Shown one piece after another: positions 63,351 through 64,000 of a stretch of 64,000 bases of DNA. The first letter of the stretch is position 1; each line of letters starts with the position of its first letter. A program made the position numbers and the translations under genes. The DNA comes from Syntrophaceae bacterium UBA7520. GTDB lineage: Bacteria; Desulfobacterota; Syntrophia; Syntrophales; Smithellaceae. The notes beneath the pieces were generated by a model. The model was not told the DNA's origin. It made no database searches and saw nothing but the letters and a program-made list of their open reading frames with translations. The DNA is taken from the NCBI GenBank assembly GCA_002478265.1, contig DLNC01000012.1, positions 114,074 to 178,073 on the forward strand. The letters run 5' to 3'.

Positions 63351-64000
63351 TACTTTTTCACCGTGGGCGGAAAGCTCTGATACGATGTATCCACCGGCGG
63401 CAGTTTCACACTTTCCTCCACGCGGGGCAGTTTGCCGTAAACAGGATTATCCTGCCAGCCATCCATGTGCGCGGCGCGTTTTGCCGCCGCCTGATACTTC
63501 TTCCAGTCGGCGCTGCCGTATAAAAACATCTCCTGCGCGGCCATAGAGCCCTCGCCGTGAATCGTATCCACCTGCCAGTGATTGCTGGTAACATCTTTAA
63601 TCAGGCGCAAAATACGCAATCTATCTTCCGTCGGTACGCCGTCTTTGGCCGCCAGATATTTTTCGATAAACGGCTGAATCTCCGGATTTTTCCAATCGCG
63701 GAAAGCGGGCACGGTAGTAGTTAAGCCGCCGCCAATATCCTGCATGTGCTGGCACATCGTGTGGAAGTTGCTCGCGTAAGTCCATTTCGAGGCGTTAATC
63801 GCCATCCGGTTGGGCATCATCACATCCATGCCGAATTCCGTTTGCGGATCAAGGCAGGCCTGCTTGGCCAGCATCTGCACCGTCTCCGTGATGTAGGCCA
63901 TCCAGGAAAGTTTTTTGCGCACATGCGGAACATTCTGCACGCCGTTGTATTCGGCAATCAGGCTCGCCGCACCTGTCATCATCTCCAACGTATGCGTCAT
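63350..64000 (-). CDS. 4-hydroxybutyryl-CoA dehydratase/vinylacetyl-CoA isomerase (AbfD) or HpaB-family flavoprotein, C-terminal part
   Basis: The 216 aa in the window match the C-terminal half of the AbfD/HpaB family by general pattern (IGGGLTTTVP, HGEGS). The gene continues beyond 64000. Confidence 0.75.
   Translation of the reverse strand: MTHTLEMMTGAASLIAEYNGVQNVPHVRKKLSWMAYITETVQMLAKQACLDPQTEFGMDVMMPNRMAINASKWTYASNFHTMCQHMQDIGGGLTTTVPAFRDWKNPEIQPFIEKYLAAKDGVPTEDRLRILRLIKDVTSNHWQVDTIHGEGSMAAQEMFLYGSADWKKYQAAAKRAAHMDGWQDNPVYGKLPRVEESVKLPPVDTSYQSFPPTVKK

Noticed and set aside
63013-63352. Possible CRISPR array, because of closely spaced repeats
   Set aside because: The units occur in both orientations, differ in length and internal sequence, and are separated by only 5-40 nt of irregular spacer. 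No cas genes are nearby. The pattern fits REP/MITE-like palindromic elements rather than CRISPR.
63998-64000. ATG at the window edge as the true start of the AbfD/HpaB-like gene
   Set aside because: Family members are roughly twice as long and the 216 aa seen here correspond to the C-terminal half. The Met is internal, and the gene continues beyond the window.

Overview
A 64-kb chromosomal window from what looks like an anaerobic, sigma-54-using bacterium. The gene content (HypAB, a cytoplasmic molybdopterin enzyme, 4-hydroxybutyryl-CoA dehydratase, an NrpR homologue, many Fe-S proteins) resembles Desulfobacterota-like or related uncultured lineages, but taxonomy cannot be settled from this sequence. 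I support about 60 protein genes. I recognised no rRNA, tRNA, CRISPR array, transposase or integrase. Main blocks: (a) 1-5.7 kb, a minus-strand FAS/PKS-like operon (fabD, biotin-less 5S carboxyltransferase, acyl-CoA dehydrogenase, KAS III, FabG, FabZ-like). It is preceded by a near-consensus sigma-54 promoter and faces a divergent histidine kinase plus NtrC-type activator (6.0-8.9 kb). (b) 9-21 kb, membrane proteins, an NSS transporter, 3-hydroxyacyl-CoA dehydrogenase, an orphan ABC-type ATPase, a bacterial NrpR homologue next to gdhA, a deoxyhypusine-synthase-like gene and a large PEP/pyruvate-binding fusion protein. (c) 22.8-31.4 kb, an 11-gene ArsR-controlled arsenic/thiol-redox operon (Trx-like, TauE, DGC-Trx fusion, CcdA, ArsC, Acr3, VKOR-like-Trx, ArsP-like permease, radical SAM/SPASM, MarC). 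(d) 35.7-43.8 kb, a cytoplasmic molybdopterin oxidoreductase operon with a TetR regulator, three divergent paralogues of an unusual Cys-rich Fe-S protein, and hypA-hypB plus a His-rich Ni transporter nested inside it. No hydrogenase is in the window. (e) 44.8-51.5 kb, secreted lipolytic and Sel1 proteins. (f) 53.6-56.2 kb, a three-gene secreted-protein cassette bracketed by a perfect 32-nt direct repeat. It encodes a small Cys-rich secreted protein that has a paralogue at 10.6-11.0 kb. (g) 63.0-63.35 kb, a dense array of GTCATTGCGAG...GCAATC palindromic repeat units that fills a convergent intergenic gap. All coordinates, motifs and repeats were read by eye. No database searches or computations were run.
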